64,000 bases of DNA, taken from positions 247,857-311,856 of the forward strand of contig JACOUM010000003.1 of NCBI GenBank assembly GCA_016177795.1. Reading direction: 5' to 3'. Source of the DNA: Nitrosomonadales bacterium (GTDB taxonomy: Bacteria > Pseudomonadota > Gammaproteobacteria > Burkholderiales > Gallionellaceae). The notes beneath the pieces were generated by a model. That model worked only from the letters and a program-made list of their open reading frames with translations, was not told where the DNA came from and made no database searches. Each line of letters starts with the position of its first letter. Positions within the stretch are counted from its first letter, which is position 1. Below are positions 13,762-26,342 of the stretch, piece by piece. The position numbers and the translations under genes were made by a program.

Positions 13762-15134
13762 AAAATTTGCCCAGGGAAATCTTCAAGGCCTATGACATCC
13801 GCGGCATCGTTGGCAAGACGCTGACGTCCGAAGTGGTGGAGGCCATCGGCCAAGCGCTCGGCTCGGAAGCGGCGGCACGCGGACAGCACACAATTGCAAT
13901 TGGCCGCGACGGCAGATTGTCTGGCCCGGAACTCATCGCCGCCTTGGCACGCGGTATCCAGAAAAGCGGCATCGACGTGATCGACGTGGGCCGCGTCGCC
14001 ACGCCGATGGTGTATTTCGCCGCCTACCAGTTGCAAACCCACTGCGCGGTAATGCTCACCGGCAGCCACAACCCGCCGGACTACAACGGACTGAAGATGG
14101 TGCTGGCCGGAGAGACGCTGTCCGGCGAGACGATACAGAAGCTGCGCGCGCGCATCGAACAGGGCGATCTCATGCACGGCTCCGGCAGTTACACGCAACG
14201 CGACATCGGCGCGGATTACCTCGCGCGCATCGCCTCCGATATCAAGTTAGCCAGACCGATGAAGATCACCGTGGACTGCGGCAACGGCGTGGCCGGCGAT
14301 TACGCCGCGAAGCTTTATCGCGGACTGGGCTGCGAAGTGACGGAGATGTATTGCGAAGTGGACGGACATTTCCCCAACCACCACCCCGACCCGTCCGACC
14401 CGCACAACCTCGAAGACCTGATCGCCGCATTGCGCGGCAACGACAGCGAACTGGGACTTGCGTTCGACGGCGACGGTGATCGTTTGGGGGTGGTCACCAA
14501 GGACGGCAGGATCATTTTTCCGGATCGTCAATTAATGCTGTTCGCTGCCGATGTATTGAGCCGCAATCCCGGCGCGGAAATCATTTTCGACGTCAAATCC
14601 ACGCGCAATCTTTTTTCCTGGATACGCGAGCACGGCGGCAAACCGACGCTATGGAAGACCGGCCATTCGCTGGTCAAGGCCAAGATGAAGGAAACCGGCG
14701 CGCTGCTGGCCGGCGAGATGAGCGGACACATGTTCTTCAAGGAACGCTGGTACGGTTTCGACGACGGGCTATACAGCGGCGCGCGCCTGCTGGAAATTCT
14801 CAGCGAGACAGCGAATCCGAGCGCTGTGCTGAATGCCCTGCCGGATGCAGTCTGCACCCCGGAGCTGCATATCCGTACCGCCGAAGGTGAGAACCATGCG
14901 CTGCTTGCGCAGCTGCAACGCACCGCAAGATTCCCCGATGCCAGAGAAATCATCACACTGGACGGGCTGCGCGTGGAGTATGCCGACGGATTCGGGCTGG
15001 CGCGTCCCAGCAACACCACACCGGTGATCGTGCTGCGCTTCGAGGCGGACAGTGAGGCGGCATTGCAACGCATCCAGAATGACTTCCGCGAAATGTTCCG
15101 GCAAGCCGCGCCGCATCTGCAACTGCCATTCTGA
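13755..15134 (+). CDS. Phosphomannomutase/phosphoglucomutase (AlgC-like)
   Basis: FKAYDIRG, TGSHNP, FDGDGDR and GEMSGH motifs. Confidence 0.95.
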   Translation: MLKNLPREIFKAYDIRGIVGKTLTSEVVEAIGQALGSEAAARGQHTIAIGRDGRLSGPELIAALARGIQKSGIDVIDVGRVATPMVYFAAYQLQTHCAVMLTGSHNPPDYNGLKMVLAGETLSGETIQKLRARIEQGDLMHGSGSYTQRDIGADYLARIASDIKLARPMKITVDCGNGVAGDYAAKLYRGLGCEVTEMYCEVDGHFPNHHPDPSDPHNLEDLIAALRGNDSELGLAFDGDGDRLGVVTKDGRIIFPDRQLMLFAADVLSRNPGAEIIFDVKSTRNLFSWIREHGGKPTLWKTGHSLVKAKMKETGALLAGEMSGHMFFKERWYGFDDGLYSGARLLEILSETANPSAVLNALPDAVCTPELHIRTAEGENHALLAQLQRTARFPDAREIITLDGLRVEYADGFGLARPSNTTPVIVLRFEADSEAALQRIQNDFREMFRQAAPHLQLPF

Positions 15135-15197
15135 ATACAGGCTGCAAGATTAAAACTGATCGGTGAGTCACAGGTGGGGCTGCCACCTCTGCAGCTA

Positions 15198-15656
15198 TCA
15201 GTATTGCTTTGGGGCTAAAGCCAACTCGCGCTGCCTCGGTTGCAGCCAGTGAGCCAGTTGGTCGCGGAGAGAAGCGGTGAATTCCTGTTGATCTGCCGGT
15301 TTGGCAACGAAGCTGTTCGCCCCGACCTGATAACTCATCAATATGTCCGCCTGGGTGTGCTCTGCGGAAAACGCAACGATGGGAACGTCGCGCGTCGCGG
15401 GATGAAGGCGCAGCTTGCGCAATACCGCCAAGCCGTCCAGCTTCGGTAATTTCAGATCCAGCAGGATAAGGTGCGGCATCTGCTCTTTCTTGGCGACGCT
15501 GTCGTTCAGCCAGACCAGCACGGCATCACCACCACCCACCGCCGTCAGGTCAAGCTCCGGGCAGGTATCCACCATAGCAGAACGAACCAGTTCCACGGTG
15601 GAGGGATCATCCACGATCAGCAACACGTTGTAACGGACAATATTCACCACGTGCAT
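15198..15656 (-). CDS. Single-domain response regulator (CheY/Rcp1-like)
   Basis: DD acidic pocket, LILLDLKLP phospho-Asp and VAKP lysine. Confidence 0.85.
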   Translation of the reverse strand: MHVVNIVRYNVLLIVDDPSTVELVRSAMVDTCPELDLTAVGGGDAVLVWLNDSVAKKEQMPHLILLDLKLPKLDGLAVLRKLRLHPATRDVPIVAFSAEHTQADILMSYQVGANSFVAKPADQQEFTASLRDQLAHWLQPRQRELALAPKQY

Positions 15657-15662
15657 GGCTCC

Positions 15663-18284
<2,622 letters not shown>

Positions 18285-18405
18285 GTTCTGCATCCATCGC
18301 TAATAACATTGCAACAGGCGGCTTCAGAGCGCACCGGACAAGGCGCGCATCATACCATTCCTCCCGCAACCACACCCAATCAGCGCAGCATTTTCCATGA
18401 CCGAC

Positions 18406-19389
18406 TCATGCGTTCTTGCCGTTAATCAGATTGATAATCACCTTGACCATGATTTCCCTCTCGTCGGGCTTGCTCTCGGCGATCAGCAGGGTAAAAGCCA
18501 CCAGCGCATTGTCGGCAATGCGTTTTTCACCCTCGGCGTTATAGAGGAAACTCTGCCGCTCCAGAAACCAGACAAAAATCGCGGCGGCGATCCGTTTGTT
18601 GCCGTCGGTGAACGAGTGATTCTTGACGATGAAGTACAGCAGGTTGGCGGCTTTTTCTTCGATGCTTGGATACAGCTCCTTGCCGTCGAAGGTCTGGTAA
18701 ATCGTCTCCAGTGAGCTCTTGAAGGAATCGTCCTTCTCGTTGCCGAACAATCCGCCGAGATTTTCCTTGCTGCGCCACAGCCTGACCTGCTGCATCGCCT
18801 CGGCGTAACTGATTCCGGGTTGCGCCACAGCATGCGTTCCCGTCACCCGCAGGCGCTGGTGGTCGTAATCGTCCAGCACCGTCAGCGCGTGGCTGTATTT
18901 TTCCAGGATCGCCAGGATGCCCTGCGATTCGGCGGTTGACAGATCCTTGTTGTGGATCAGGCGCGACGACAGGGCTATCGCCTGCCTGAGTTCGTCCAGC
19001 TTCTCCTGTTGCGCCTCCAGCCGCTGCTGGTTCAGCGTGTAGCCCTGCACCAGGTGCTGGCGCAACACATTGGTTGCCCAGCGTCTGAATTGCACACCCC
19101 GCTCGGACTTGATGCGATAACCGACCGAAATGACGACATCGAGATCGTAGAAAACGACCGGCCTGTCGGAATTTGCAATATGCATTTTTTGCATATTGCT
19201 TTTTTCGGCGACCTCACCTTCAGCCAAGGCATTACGAATATGCCGCGAAACGACCGATTGATCGCGCCCGAACAGATCGACCATCTGCGCCTGCGACAGC
19301 CACACCGTTTCCTGCTCCAGAGCCACCTCAAGCTGTACCTGACCGTCATCGGTCTGGTAAATGGCGATTTGTCCGGTCGATTGATTCAT
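18406..19389 (-). CDS. RhuM-like N-terminal domain fused to a Fic/Doc domain
   Basis: TVWLSQAQM..LF and VISVGYRIKS..G.QFRRWAT (RhuM); HSFTDGNKR (Doc-type Fic motif). Confidence 0.88.
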   Translation of the reverse strand: MNQSTGQIAIYQTDDGQVQLEVALEQETVWLSQAQMVDLFGRDQSVVSRHIRNALAEGEVAEKSNMQKMHIANSDRPVVFYDLDVVISVGYRIKSERGVQFRRWATNVLRQHLVQGYTLNQQRLEAQQEKLDELRQAIALSSRLIHNKDLSTAESQGILAILEKYSHALTVLDDYDHQRLRVTGTHAVAQPGISYAEAMQQVRLWRSKENLGGLFGNEKDDSFKSSLETIYQTFDGKELYPSIEEKAANLLYFIVKNHSFTDGNKRIAAAIFVWFLERQSFLYNAEGEKRIADNALVAFTLLIAESKPDEREIMVKVIINLINGKNA

Positions 19390-19421
19390 GGCGTTTCTCC
19401 TTTATGGCCCGAACACGGCAA

Positions 19422-19736
19422 TCATGCTTCATCCCCGAGCCATGAGGGAATATCGCGGCTGCCGTGCAGCACCCGCCAGATATTGATCTGATCGGCAGTC
19501 TCCACATAGAACACCAGATAGGGAAACCGCTTGCAGCGCCAGAATCTCAGGCCGGGCAGATTCAACTCGTGGGCATAACGCGGCGAACCCGCACCGGGGC
19601 GGCGCTGGATGTTGCGGTAGGTTTGTTCCAGAGCATCGATAAACACCAAAGTAACTTCCGGCGCATTTTGCAGGTAATAATCGACTGTCTCCAGCACATC
19701 CCGGTCTGCCCGCTCGTGGCGAACCAGAGGTTTCAT
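19422..19736 (-). CDS. ParE/RelE family toxin
   Basis: GSPRYAHELNLPGLR..FPYLVFY..WRVLHGSRD; lies downstream of the antitoxin. Confidence 0.88.
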   Translation of the reverse strand: MKPLVRHERADRDVLETVDYYLQNAPEVTLVFIDALEQTYRNIQRRPGAGSPRYAHELNLPGLRFWRCKRFPYLVFYVETADQINIWRVLHGSRDIPSWLGDEA

Positions 19737-19746
19737 CTGGGCGGCT

Positions 19747-19992
19747 TCATCTGGATTTGGTCAGGCGTTTCCTGGCGCTGGAACGCAACGAGGCAAAATA
19801 ACCGGCATCGGCCAAGCCCGAGGGCTTGGACTGCGCGCCCTCCAGCAGCAGGTTGCGCAATTGCGTCCGCTCCTGATCGCGGCGGATCAACTCGCGCACG
19901 TACTCGCTGGAGGTACCGTAACCCGCCGTGCTGACCTGCCGATCCACAAATTCCTTGAGGGCGTCAGGAAGGGAAATATTCATCGTAGACAT
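19747..19992 (-). CDS. ParD-type RHH antitoxin
   Basis: MSTMNISLPD...GYGTSSEYVRELIR. Confidence 0.88.
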   Translation of the reverse strand: MSTMNISLPDALKEFVDRQVSTAGYGTSSEYVRELIRRDQERTQLRNLLLEGAQSKPSGLADAGYFASLRSSARKRLTKSR

Positions 19993-19999
19993 GGCGGCA

Positions 20000-20028
20000 A
20001 GTCTAGTGGGCTTGGCAAAATTTGGCAA
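20000..20028 (-). promoter_or_regulatory. Sigma70 promoter for a leaderless parDE transcript, with TTGCCAA direct repeats
   Basis: TTGCCA-N17-TAGACT ends 7 nt before the ATG; no RBS; TTGGCAA (+ strand) at 20012 and 20022. Confidence 0.6.
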
Positions 20029-20054
20029 GACTGACGTTAAAGCTGGCCTGTTTA

Positions 20055-20882
20055 TTATTGAAAGCTACTGAATGGGATTCGTGCAGTTTCCCAAGAGCCT
20101 TTACCTTTGTTTTCTGGGAGATGTGGAGCAACGTCATCTCTATCAACAACTATGACATCAAGCGGATTTCCGTTGAGCAGCCAAAGATGCAAACAGTAAT
20201 ATTGTGATGACTGTGCTGTTGTCCATTCATTCCGAGTAATCGTGAAGTAGGCTTGTTTCCTAGGCAACGTCGTTCCTTTGACCTCAATTTTGAGAGGGGT
20301 CTCATTGCTGTCGGAAACGCGAGATAAGATATCATAGCCGGAAAAATTAGATTCCAAAGACTGCCATTTAGGTTTCACCCCTGTCCGTGTGAGTTCATGT
20401 TCAAAAGAAAATTTCTCCGCTTTGCGACCAATTTCAAGGAGTTCAGATGATTTCCTTGCTTTTGCTACTTGAGCTAGTTCGTCCCACCATTTTATGAGCA
20501 CGTCATCCCAATCGTTGAGCAAGCCAGCCTCATGAAAACACTGCTCAGCATCTTTTGGGAAGCTACTCCGTGCCTCGGCTCGACCATTAGGGATGCGCTT
20601 GGCCCAAGTGGGCTGGTAAATCGAAATCATATCGAGAAGCTGCTTGCGTAGTTGGATGGTGTAATCAGTGATCGCAAGAATTTCCAATCCACGGCCAGTC
20701 GGATGAATGACTCCATGGTTGTTAATTGCAATCCACCCACATTGCTGTGAAACAGAAAGAACTTCTTCTGCGGATGCTACAGAAAACCTGAGGAATGAAT
20801 CTCTGAAGTCACGGCTGGTGATAGGTGCGGCCTGCAATTGTTGCAAAAACTCGATAACTGATGAGCATGAAGCGCGGTCCAT
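20055..20882 (-). CDS. DUF3883 (NO VEIN C-terminal) PD-(D/E)XK nuclease-like protein
   Basis: G..AE....HE, GYDILS, IEVKGT and ITRNEW motifs; lower GC than flanks; start uncertain. Confidence 0.75.
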   Translation of the reverse strand: MDRASCSSVIEFLQQLQAAPITSRDFRDSFLRFSVASAEEVLSVSQQCGWIAINNHGVIHPTGRGLEILAITDYTIQLRKQLLDMISIYQPTWAKRIPNGRAEARSSFPKDAEQCFHEAGLLNDWDDVLIKWWDELAQVAKARKSSELLEIGRKAEKFSFEHELTRTGVKPKWQSLESNFSGYDILSRVSDSNETPLKIEVKGTTLPRKQAYFTITRNEWTTAQSSQYYCLHLWLLNGNPLDVIVVDRDDVAPHLPENKGKGSWETARIPFSSFQ

Positions 20883-21119
20883 CTTCTAATGCTCGTGCAA
20901 TTTATTCTTTGCTGCCACGCAGCCGACAGAAATGCGTCTTCATTTATGGTATGCAATCGGTTATTTGTTCATCCCAAGTAGTAAAGGCGTTCTTTAGTGC
21001 AATTACCAATATCCACTCGTCTTCATGCACCCAGTAGAAAAACCCGGCAAGTGCTTCTGTGGTCTTGCCCACTCTGGAAATTGAGAGCGTAGCCGACGCT
21101 GTTCACCCTGTTAACCGGA

Positions 21120-22022
21120 TTACGCAGCATTTGAGAGACGACGGTGCCAATCGAATACATTTGAGTAATCCAAAAAGCTCGCAAGCTCGCTAAGGCCACT
21201 ACGCTGAAAAGTTGGACGCTGAAGCTGACGCACAAACAAGTCACGCCGTGACTCATTCGACACAACAAAAAAGCGGCTCGCTCCTGGACACGTTAGCAGC
21301 ACGTCATTGAATCTCAGCAAGCCTGAATAGATCGGCGTTGAATGCTCAACCTCGAAGGCGGCAGCAATGGCATCGTGCTTGTGATCAATCCAGATCACAT
21401 CGATTTCAGACGCAAACCGCGTTCGATCTTCGACATAATTTGGAAGCGCACTGATCAACTGAAATGGTCGCACCAGCCCCCAGTCGAGCAGTTCAACATT
21501 GTTCGGTGGTACATACACGCCGTAACCCTTCAATGCCCCGATGCCGCCAATTAGTGTTTGCGCTTGCCAGTGGCTCAGATTTAGCGCGACAGCATTTGAG
21601 TCTTGCCCATCCACAGAGGGTAGGGCATCAAGACCACCAAAAGCGTCAACATTGAAATGCCCAACCCTCGGCAGGTACAGCTCCTTCGTGCTTGGACTGT
21701 AAACGATCTGAACCTTGTACTGCCCATCAGAGGCCAGCGGAGATTGCCTGATTACTGCCTCAAAATCACTGTAGGGGATGAACAGTGGCGATTCTCGGTC
21801 AGTGAAGAAACAAAGGTACGAGTGATGCCCATCAAGGGCATTGAGATCAACTTGGCGAAGTCCATAGAACGCCACACCTTTGCCATGTATCTTCGAGTAG
21901 CGCAGGTAGACTCGGACACCACCTTGTAGTTCAATGAGAGACTGGCTCCTTGGCAACCTTGTAATCGATCCGAAGCTTCCCTCTATTGCGGCTAGCAGGT
22001 CTTTTTTGTAGTCGTTTGCCAT
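21120..22022 (-). CDS. Restriction-endonuclease-like PD-(D/E)XK protein
   Basis: EIDVIW...AFEVEHSTPIYSGLLRF; starts 4 bp after the methyltransferase stop. Confidence 0.65.
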   Translation of the reverse strand: MANDYKKDLLAAIEGSFGSITRLPRSQSLIELQGGVRVYLRYSKIHGKGVAFYGLRQVDLNALDGHHSYLCFFTDRESPLFIPYSDFEAVIRQSPLASDGQYKVQIVYSPSTKELYLPRVGHFNVDAFGGLDALPSVDGQDSNAVALNLSHWQAQTLIGGIGALKGYGVYVPPNNVELLDWGLVRPFQLISALPNYVEDRTRFASEIDVIWIDHKHDAIAAAFEVEHSTPIYSGLLRFNDVLLTCPGASRFFVVSNESRRDLFVRQLQRPTFQRSGLSELASFLDYSNVFDWHRRLSNAA

Positions 22023-22026
22023 AGCG

Positions 22027-22854
22027 TTAGTGGATCAACTCGCAGCCGATAAAACGACATTCGTGGATGGCAGCCGCGACGCCTGCTGACGCAACTCCAG
22101 CAAACGGGTCAAACACTAATCCGCCTGCATTAGTTGTAGCCAGAACCAGACGTTCGATAAGACCCACCGGAAACTGACAGGGATGCTCAGTCTTCTCGAT
22201 ATGATTGCTTTTTACATTTGGAATGTCCCATACATCTTCTGGCCAAAAATCCTCTGGATTCTTACCCAACGGATTGCCGGAATGCTGCCCAGCCTTAGGG
22301 CCCTTGAAATGTTTTTTACCAGGATACTTTGCGGGAACACGTACGTCATCAAGATTAAAAATATAATCATCTGACTTGGTATACCACATCACTGTTTCGT
22401 ACCGACCTGAGAAACGGCGCTTTGAGTGCAAACCATGACCAAAGTGCCAAATGATTCGATTGCGCATTTGCAGCTTATGTTTTTTAAAAATGGGGGCAAA
22501 TTCGATATCAAGAGGAACGATATGGCCGTTATCTACAAAATTACCAACTTGCCAACAGATACTGCCAGTATTTTTCAGGCGCGGAATCAGCTCATCAATG
22601 ATTCTCTCCTGCCACTGGAGGTAGGTACTGAGTTTTGAGCGTTTCTCGTAGGATTTGCCAATGTTGTAAGGAGGTGAGCTGACAATCAGATCAAAAATCG
22701 GCTCGCGTGGTAACGTCTTGAGAAATGCCTCGGCATCGTCATTCCATATACCGAAATATGGCATAGGGGAAGGCAGTTCCTTGCCGGGCAAAATTATCTG
22801 GGCCTTGGGCGGTGATTCAAAAATGAGAGATGATAATTTCGGTGTGTTATTCAT
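22027..22854 (-). CDS. Site-specific amino-DNA methyltransferase (beta class, likely N4-C), probably C-terminally truncated
   Basis: SSPPY catalytic motif precedes the DPFAG SAM-binding motif; ORF stops at FIGCELIH. Confidence 0.8.
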   Translation of the reverse strand: MNNTPKLSSLIFESPPKAQIILPGKELPSPMPYFGIWNDDAEAFLKTLPREPIFDLIVSSPPYNIGKSYEKRSKLSTYLQWQERIIDELIPRLKNTGSICWQVGNFVDNGHIVPLDIEFAPIFKKHKLQMRNRIIWHFGHGLHSKRRFSGRYETVMWYTKSDDYIFNLDDVRVPAKYPGKKHFKGPKAGQHSGNPLGKNPEDFWPEDVWDIPNVKSNHIEKTEHPCQFPVGLIERLVLATTNAGGLVFDPFAGVASAGVAAAIHECRFIGCELIH

Positions 22855-22943
22855 GGCGATTGGGTCAGAAGCGTAGCGTCATTATACTTTTCCACGGCGC
22901 AAAACCTATGGGACGTTTTTTTCTTTGGCTTGGCAAGAGTCCG

Positions 22944-23366
22944 TCAGGCAGGTGGCGCTAGTTTTTTCAGCGCGGCAGCCACCGCTTTACAGGCCGCAAT
23001 CAAATCGGTGACTAGGCGCTCGTCCACATTCAGGTCGCCCTCGTATTCGCCGAGATTGCGCACCTCATGGCATTTCGCCAGCACGCGCCAGACCCCCGGC
23101 CCCAGACCCAGCGTATGCGGCAACACCTGGAAAACGATGTAGCGGCTGCCCGCCCGGTAGCCGTGCCAGCGCAACGCCGCCAGGCTCAGCGCATGCGCTG
23201 CGTTGTAGGCAAGATCAAAACGCCCTTCGAGCGACAAACCGGCGCTGCCCGCATCCTGCAAGCGCGCCAGTCCGGAACGCTTCAGCCCCGCGAATTCCAT
23301 CGCATCCGGCGCCTCCGCCGCGAGCGGCTTACCAGGGCCGCACAGCTTATCGAGCGGCGAGCTCAT
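22944..23366 (-). CDS. HEPN-like protein, partner of the MNT
   Basis: Helical 140-aa protein with AYNAAH and an RNxxxY motif; overlaps the MNT gene end. Confidence 0.65.
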   Translation of the reverse strand: MSSPLDKLCGPGKPLAAEAPDAMEFAGLKRSGLARLQDAGSAGLSLEGRFDLAYNAAHALSLAALRWHGYRAGSRYIVFQVLPHTLGLGPGVWRVLAKCHEVRNLGEYEGDLNVDERLVTDLIAACKAVAAALKKLAPPA

Positions 23367-23967
23367 TTTCTCCGCCGATCAGCCATATCTTGGGCTGCGC
23401 CAGCACCCGCGTCACAAACGCATTCTTTTGCTTGATACGCCTGGCCAGTTCCTGCCGGGAATAGATGCTCGGATTCACCGTGCGTCCCAGCCGTGTAGCC
23501 GCCTCTTCCAGCGCGCCGAACAGATCGGCATAGCTCAGGCTATCGCTCACCACCATCAGGTCGATATCGCTTCCCGCCGTATCGCTGCGCTTGGCCACCG
23601 AGCCGAACACGAATGCCGCCGCGATGCTGTCCGCAAACGGCAGCAGGACATCGCGCAACGGCTCCGCCAGCCCCACTGTCTTCTGCACGATGCCGCACAG
23701 CTCGGCAAACACCGGCGACTGCGGATTTGCCTGATAATGTTTCTGGTTGCCCACCCGCATTACCGTCACCAGGCCGCTTTGCGCCAGCCGCGCCAGCTCG
23801 CGCTGTACCGCTCCAGAGCCTCCACCCGCCAGCCCGATGAGCTCGGTGGCGAAAAAACTGCGCTCCGGCTGCCCGAACAAGAACGCCAGCACGCGCTGCT
23901 GCGTGTTGGAAAACAGCGCGGATGCCAGACTGGTGTGCGGCATAGCGGGAACAGTTTTGGCTTTCAT
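23347..23967 (-). CDS. wHTH + minimal nucleotidyltransferase (MNT antitoxin-like)
   Basis: FGSVAKRSDTAGSDIDL (GSx10DxD); N-terminal HTH; start uncertain. Confidence 0.8.
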   Translation of the reverse strand: MKAKTVPAMPHTSLASALFSNTQQRVLAFLFGQPERSFFATELIGLAGGGSGAVQRELARLAQSGLVTVMRVGNQKHYQANPQSPVFAELCGIVQKTVGLAEPLRDVLLPFADSIAAAFVFGSVAKRSDTAGSDIDLMVVSDSLSYADLFGALEEAATRLGRTVNPSIYSRQELARRIKQKNAFVTRVLAQPKIWLIGGENELAAR

Positions 23968-24002
23968 ACCCATATTGGGCATCCTACTACCCATTTTGGG
24001 TA
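23966..24002. promoter_or_regulatory. Tandem palindromic operators over the MNT-HEPN start
   Basis: ATACCCATATTGGGCAT and TACCCATTTTGGGTA; CCCA-N3-TGGG cores 21 bp apart. Confidence 0.6.
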
Positions 24003-24039
24003 TATTCAAGCCCCATCCACGCTCACCAACAGATGCAGG

Positions 24040-24077
24040 AAAACAAAAGGGCGCGATGAATCGCGCCCTTTTGTTTT
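24040..24077. terminator. Bidirectional intrinsic terminator closing the rTCA operon
   Basis: AAAACAAAAGGGCGCGA-tgaa-TCGCGCCCTTTTGTTTT. Confidence 0.85.
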
Positions 24078-24097
24078 TTTCGATAACGGCAACCTTG

Positions 24098-24236
24098 TCG
24101 GGTTACGCGACACCCCTCACCTCAATCCTCTCCCGCTTGCGTGAGAGGAAGCAAACGTGAAGCGGGGTAAGCAGGCAATCCGCGAAGCGGATGCTCGCAA
24201 AAGCACTTGTTGTTTCCTGCCGCTAACCCGACCTAC
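24098..24236. repeat. Nested REP-like element
   Basis: Arms GTCGGGTTACGC and GCTAACCCGACCTAC enclose CCCCTCACCTCAATCCTCTCCCGCTTGCGTGAGAGG. Confidence 0.65.
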
Positions 24237-24238
24237 GA

Positions 24239-25120
24239 CTACTTGCCTTTTCTCTTGATCGCTTCGGCGACTGCCTCGCCCAGCCCTGCAGGCGACTTGG
24301 AGACCACTACGCCAGCGGCTTCGAGCGCGGCGATCTTGTCCGCAGCGAGTCCCTTGCCACCGGCGATGATCGCGCCGGCGTGGCCCATGCGCTTGCCCTT
24401 GGGCGCGGTCTGTCCGGCGATGTAGCCGGCCACCGGCTTGGTGACATGCGCCTTGATGTATTCCGCCGCCGCTTCTTCGCGGTTGCCGCCGATCTCGCCG
24501 ACCATGATGATCGCCTCGGTCTCGGGGTCGTTCTGGAACATCTCCAGGCAATCGATGAAATCCAGCCCCTTGATCGGGTCGCCGCCGATGCCGATGCAGG
24601 TGGACTGGCCGAGGCCGAGCCTCGTAGTCTGGAACACGGCTTCGTAGGTGAGCGTGCCGGAGCGCGACACCACGCCGACTTTGCCCTTCTTGTGGATGAA
24701 GCCGGGCATGATGCCGATCTTGCACTCGTCCGGGGTGATGATGCCGGGACAGTTCGGGCCGATCAGGATGGCGTCGTTAGCCTTGAGCGCCGCCTTGGCG
24801 TTGAGCATGTCCAGCACAGGAATGCCCTCGGTGATGCAGACGATGACTTTCACGCCCGCGTCAGCCGCTTCCATGATGCCGTCGGCCGCGAAGCCGGGCG
24901 GCACGTAGATCATCGTGGCATCTGCGCCGGTTTCGCGCACCGCGTCGCGCATGGTGTCGAACACCGGCAGGCCGAGATGTTTCTGCCCGCCCTTGCCCGG
25001 CGTCACGCCGCCGACCATCTTGGTGCCGTAGGCAATCGCCTGTTCGGAGTGGAAAGTGCCGTGCTTGCCGGTGAAGCCCTGGCACAGGACTTTGGTATTT
25101 TTGTTTACGAGAACGCTCAT
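24239..25120 (-). CDS. sucD: Succinyl-CoA synthetase alpha subunit
   Basis: [22 protein letters not shown] and MGHAGA (phospho-His) motifs. Confidence 0.97.
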   Translation of the reverse strand: MSVLVNKNTKVLCQGFTGKHGTFHSEQAIAYGTKMVGGVTPGKGGQKHLGLPVFDTMRDAVRETGADATMIYVPPGFAADGIMEAADAGVKVIVCITEGIPVLDMLNAKAALKANDAILIGPNCPGIITPDECKIGIMPGFIHKKGKVGVVSRSGTLTYEAVFQTTRLGLGQSTCIGIGGDPIKGLDFIDCLEMFQNDPETEAIIMVGEIGGNREEAAAEYIKAHVTKPVAGYIAGQTAPKGKRMGHAGAIIAGGKGLAADKIAALEAAGVVVSKSPAGLGEAVAEAIKRKGK

Positions 25121-25133
25121 GTTGTTTTCCTCT

Positions 25134-26294
25134 TCACTGAACCGCGGCCACGGCGCGCTTGGCCGCATCGGTCATGTCGCTGGCGGAGATCACGCCGACG
25201 CCGCTTTCGGCGAGCATTTTCTGCCCGAGTTCGACGTTGGTGCCTTCGAGACGCACGATCACCGGTACTTTCACGCCGACATCCTTGACCGCGGCGATGA
25301 TGCCGGCGGCGATGATGTCGCAGCGCATGATGCCGCCGAAGATGTTGACCAGCACCGCCTTGACGTTGCTGTCGGAGAGGATGATTTTGAATGCCTTAGC
25401 CACCACTTCCGCCGTGGCGCCGCCGCCGACGTCGAGGAAGTTGGCGGGCTGGCCGCCATGCAGCTTGATCAGGTCCATGGTCGCCATCGCCAGGCCCGCG
25501 CCGTTGACCATGCAGCCGATGTTGCCGGACAGCGCGATGTAGCTGATGTCGCATTCCTTCGCGGCGACTTCCTTGGGGTCGATCTGGCTGTTGTCGTTCA
25601 TCGTGGCGAGGTCCTTGTGGCGGAACACCGCGTTGTCGTCCACGCCGATCTTGCAGTCGAGCGCCACGAGGCTGCCCGTCTCGGTCACGATCAGCGGATT
25701 GATCTCGGCCATCGCGAGATCGTTCTCGACGAACAATTTATACAGACCCTTGGCGAGTTTGCCGAATTCGCCGATCTGCGTGCCTTCCAGCTTGAGGCCG
25801 AAAGCCAGCGCGCGGCACTGGAAGTCCTGCAGGCCGAGCAGCGGGTCGCAGAATTCCTTGAGGATTTTTTCCGGGGAGTGCTCGGCGACTTCTTCGATCT
25901 CCATGCCGCCCTCGCTCGACGCGACCAGCGCGACGCGCTCGGTCTCGCGATCCACGGTCAGGCTGATGTAGAGCTCGCGCTTGATCGGCAGCGTTTCTTC
26001 GATCAGCAGGCGCGACACCATCTGCCCTTCGGGCGCGTTCTGGTAGGTCACGAGCGTCTTGCCGAGCAGCGCGTTCACCGCTTCCTTGGCAGCCTCGGGC
26101 GAGCGCACCAGCTTAACGCCGCCTGCCTTGCCGCGCCCGCCGGCGTGGATCTGCGCCTTGACCACCCAGGCGCTGCCGCCCAGTTCCGCCATCGCGCCGT
26201 CCGCCTGGGAGACGCTGTCTATCGCCACGCCGCGCGGCGTGGCAATGCCATATTTGCGCAGCACCTGCTTGGCCTGATATTCATGCAAGTTCAT
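25134..26294 (-). CDS. sucC: Succinyl-CoA synthetase beta subunit
   Basis: [23 protein letters not shown] and [11 protein letters not shown] motifs. Confidence 0.97.
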   Translation of the reverse strand: MNLHEYQAKQVLRKYGIATPRGVAIDSVSQADGAMAELGGSAWVVKAQIHAGGRGKAGGVKLVRSPEAAKEAVNALLGKTLVTYQNAPEGQMVSRLLIEETLPIKRELYISLTVDRETERVALVASSEGGMEIEEVAEHSPEKILKEFCDPLLGLQDFQCRALAFGLKLEGTQIGEFGKLAKGLYKLFVENDLAMAEINPLIVTETGSLVALDCKIGVDDNAVFRHKDLATMNDNSQIDPKEVAAKECDISYIALSGNIGCMVNGAGLAMATMDLIKLHGGQPANFLDVGGGATAEVVAKAFKIILSDSNVKAVLVNIFGGIMRCDIIAAGIIAAVKDVGVKVPVIVRLEGTNVELGQKMLAESGVGVISASDMTDAAKRAVAAVQ

Positions 26295-26342
26295 TTGAAT
26301 TTCCTAAAATTGTTGTCGATACAATAAGCAATCAAGATTTTT

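Noticed and set aside
20883-21119. Possible pseudogene fragment between the two nuclease genes
   Set aside because: Only short open stretches with no recognisable motif; cannot be supported without a homology search
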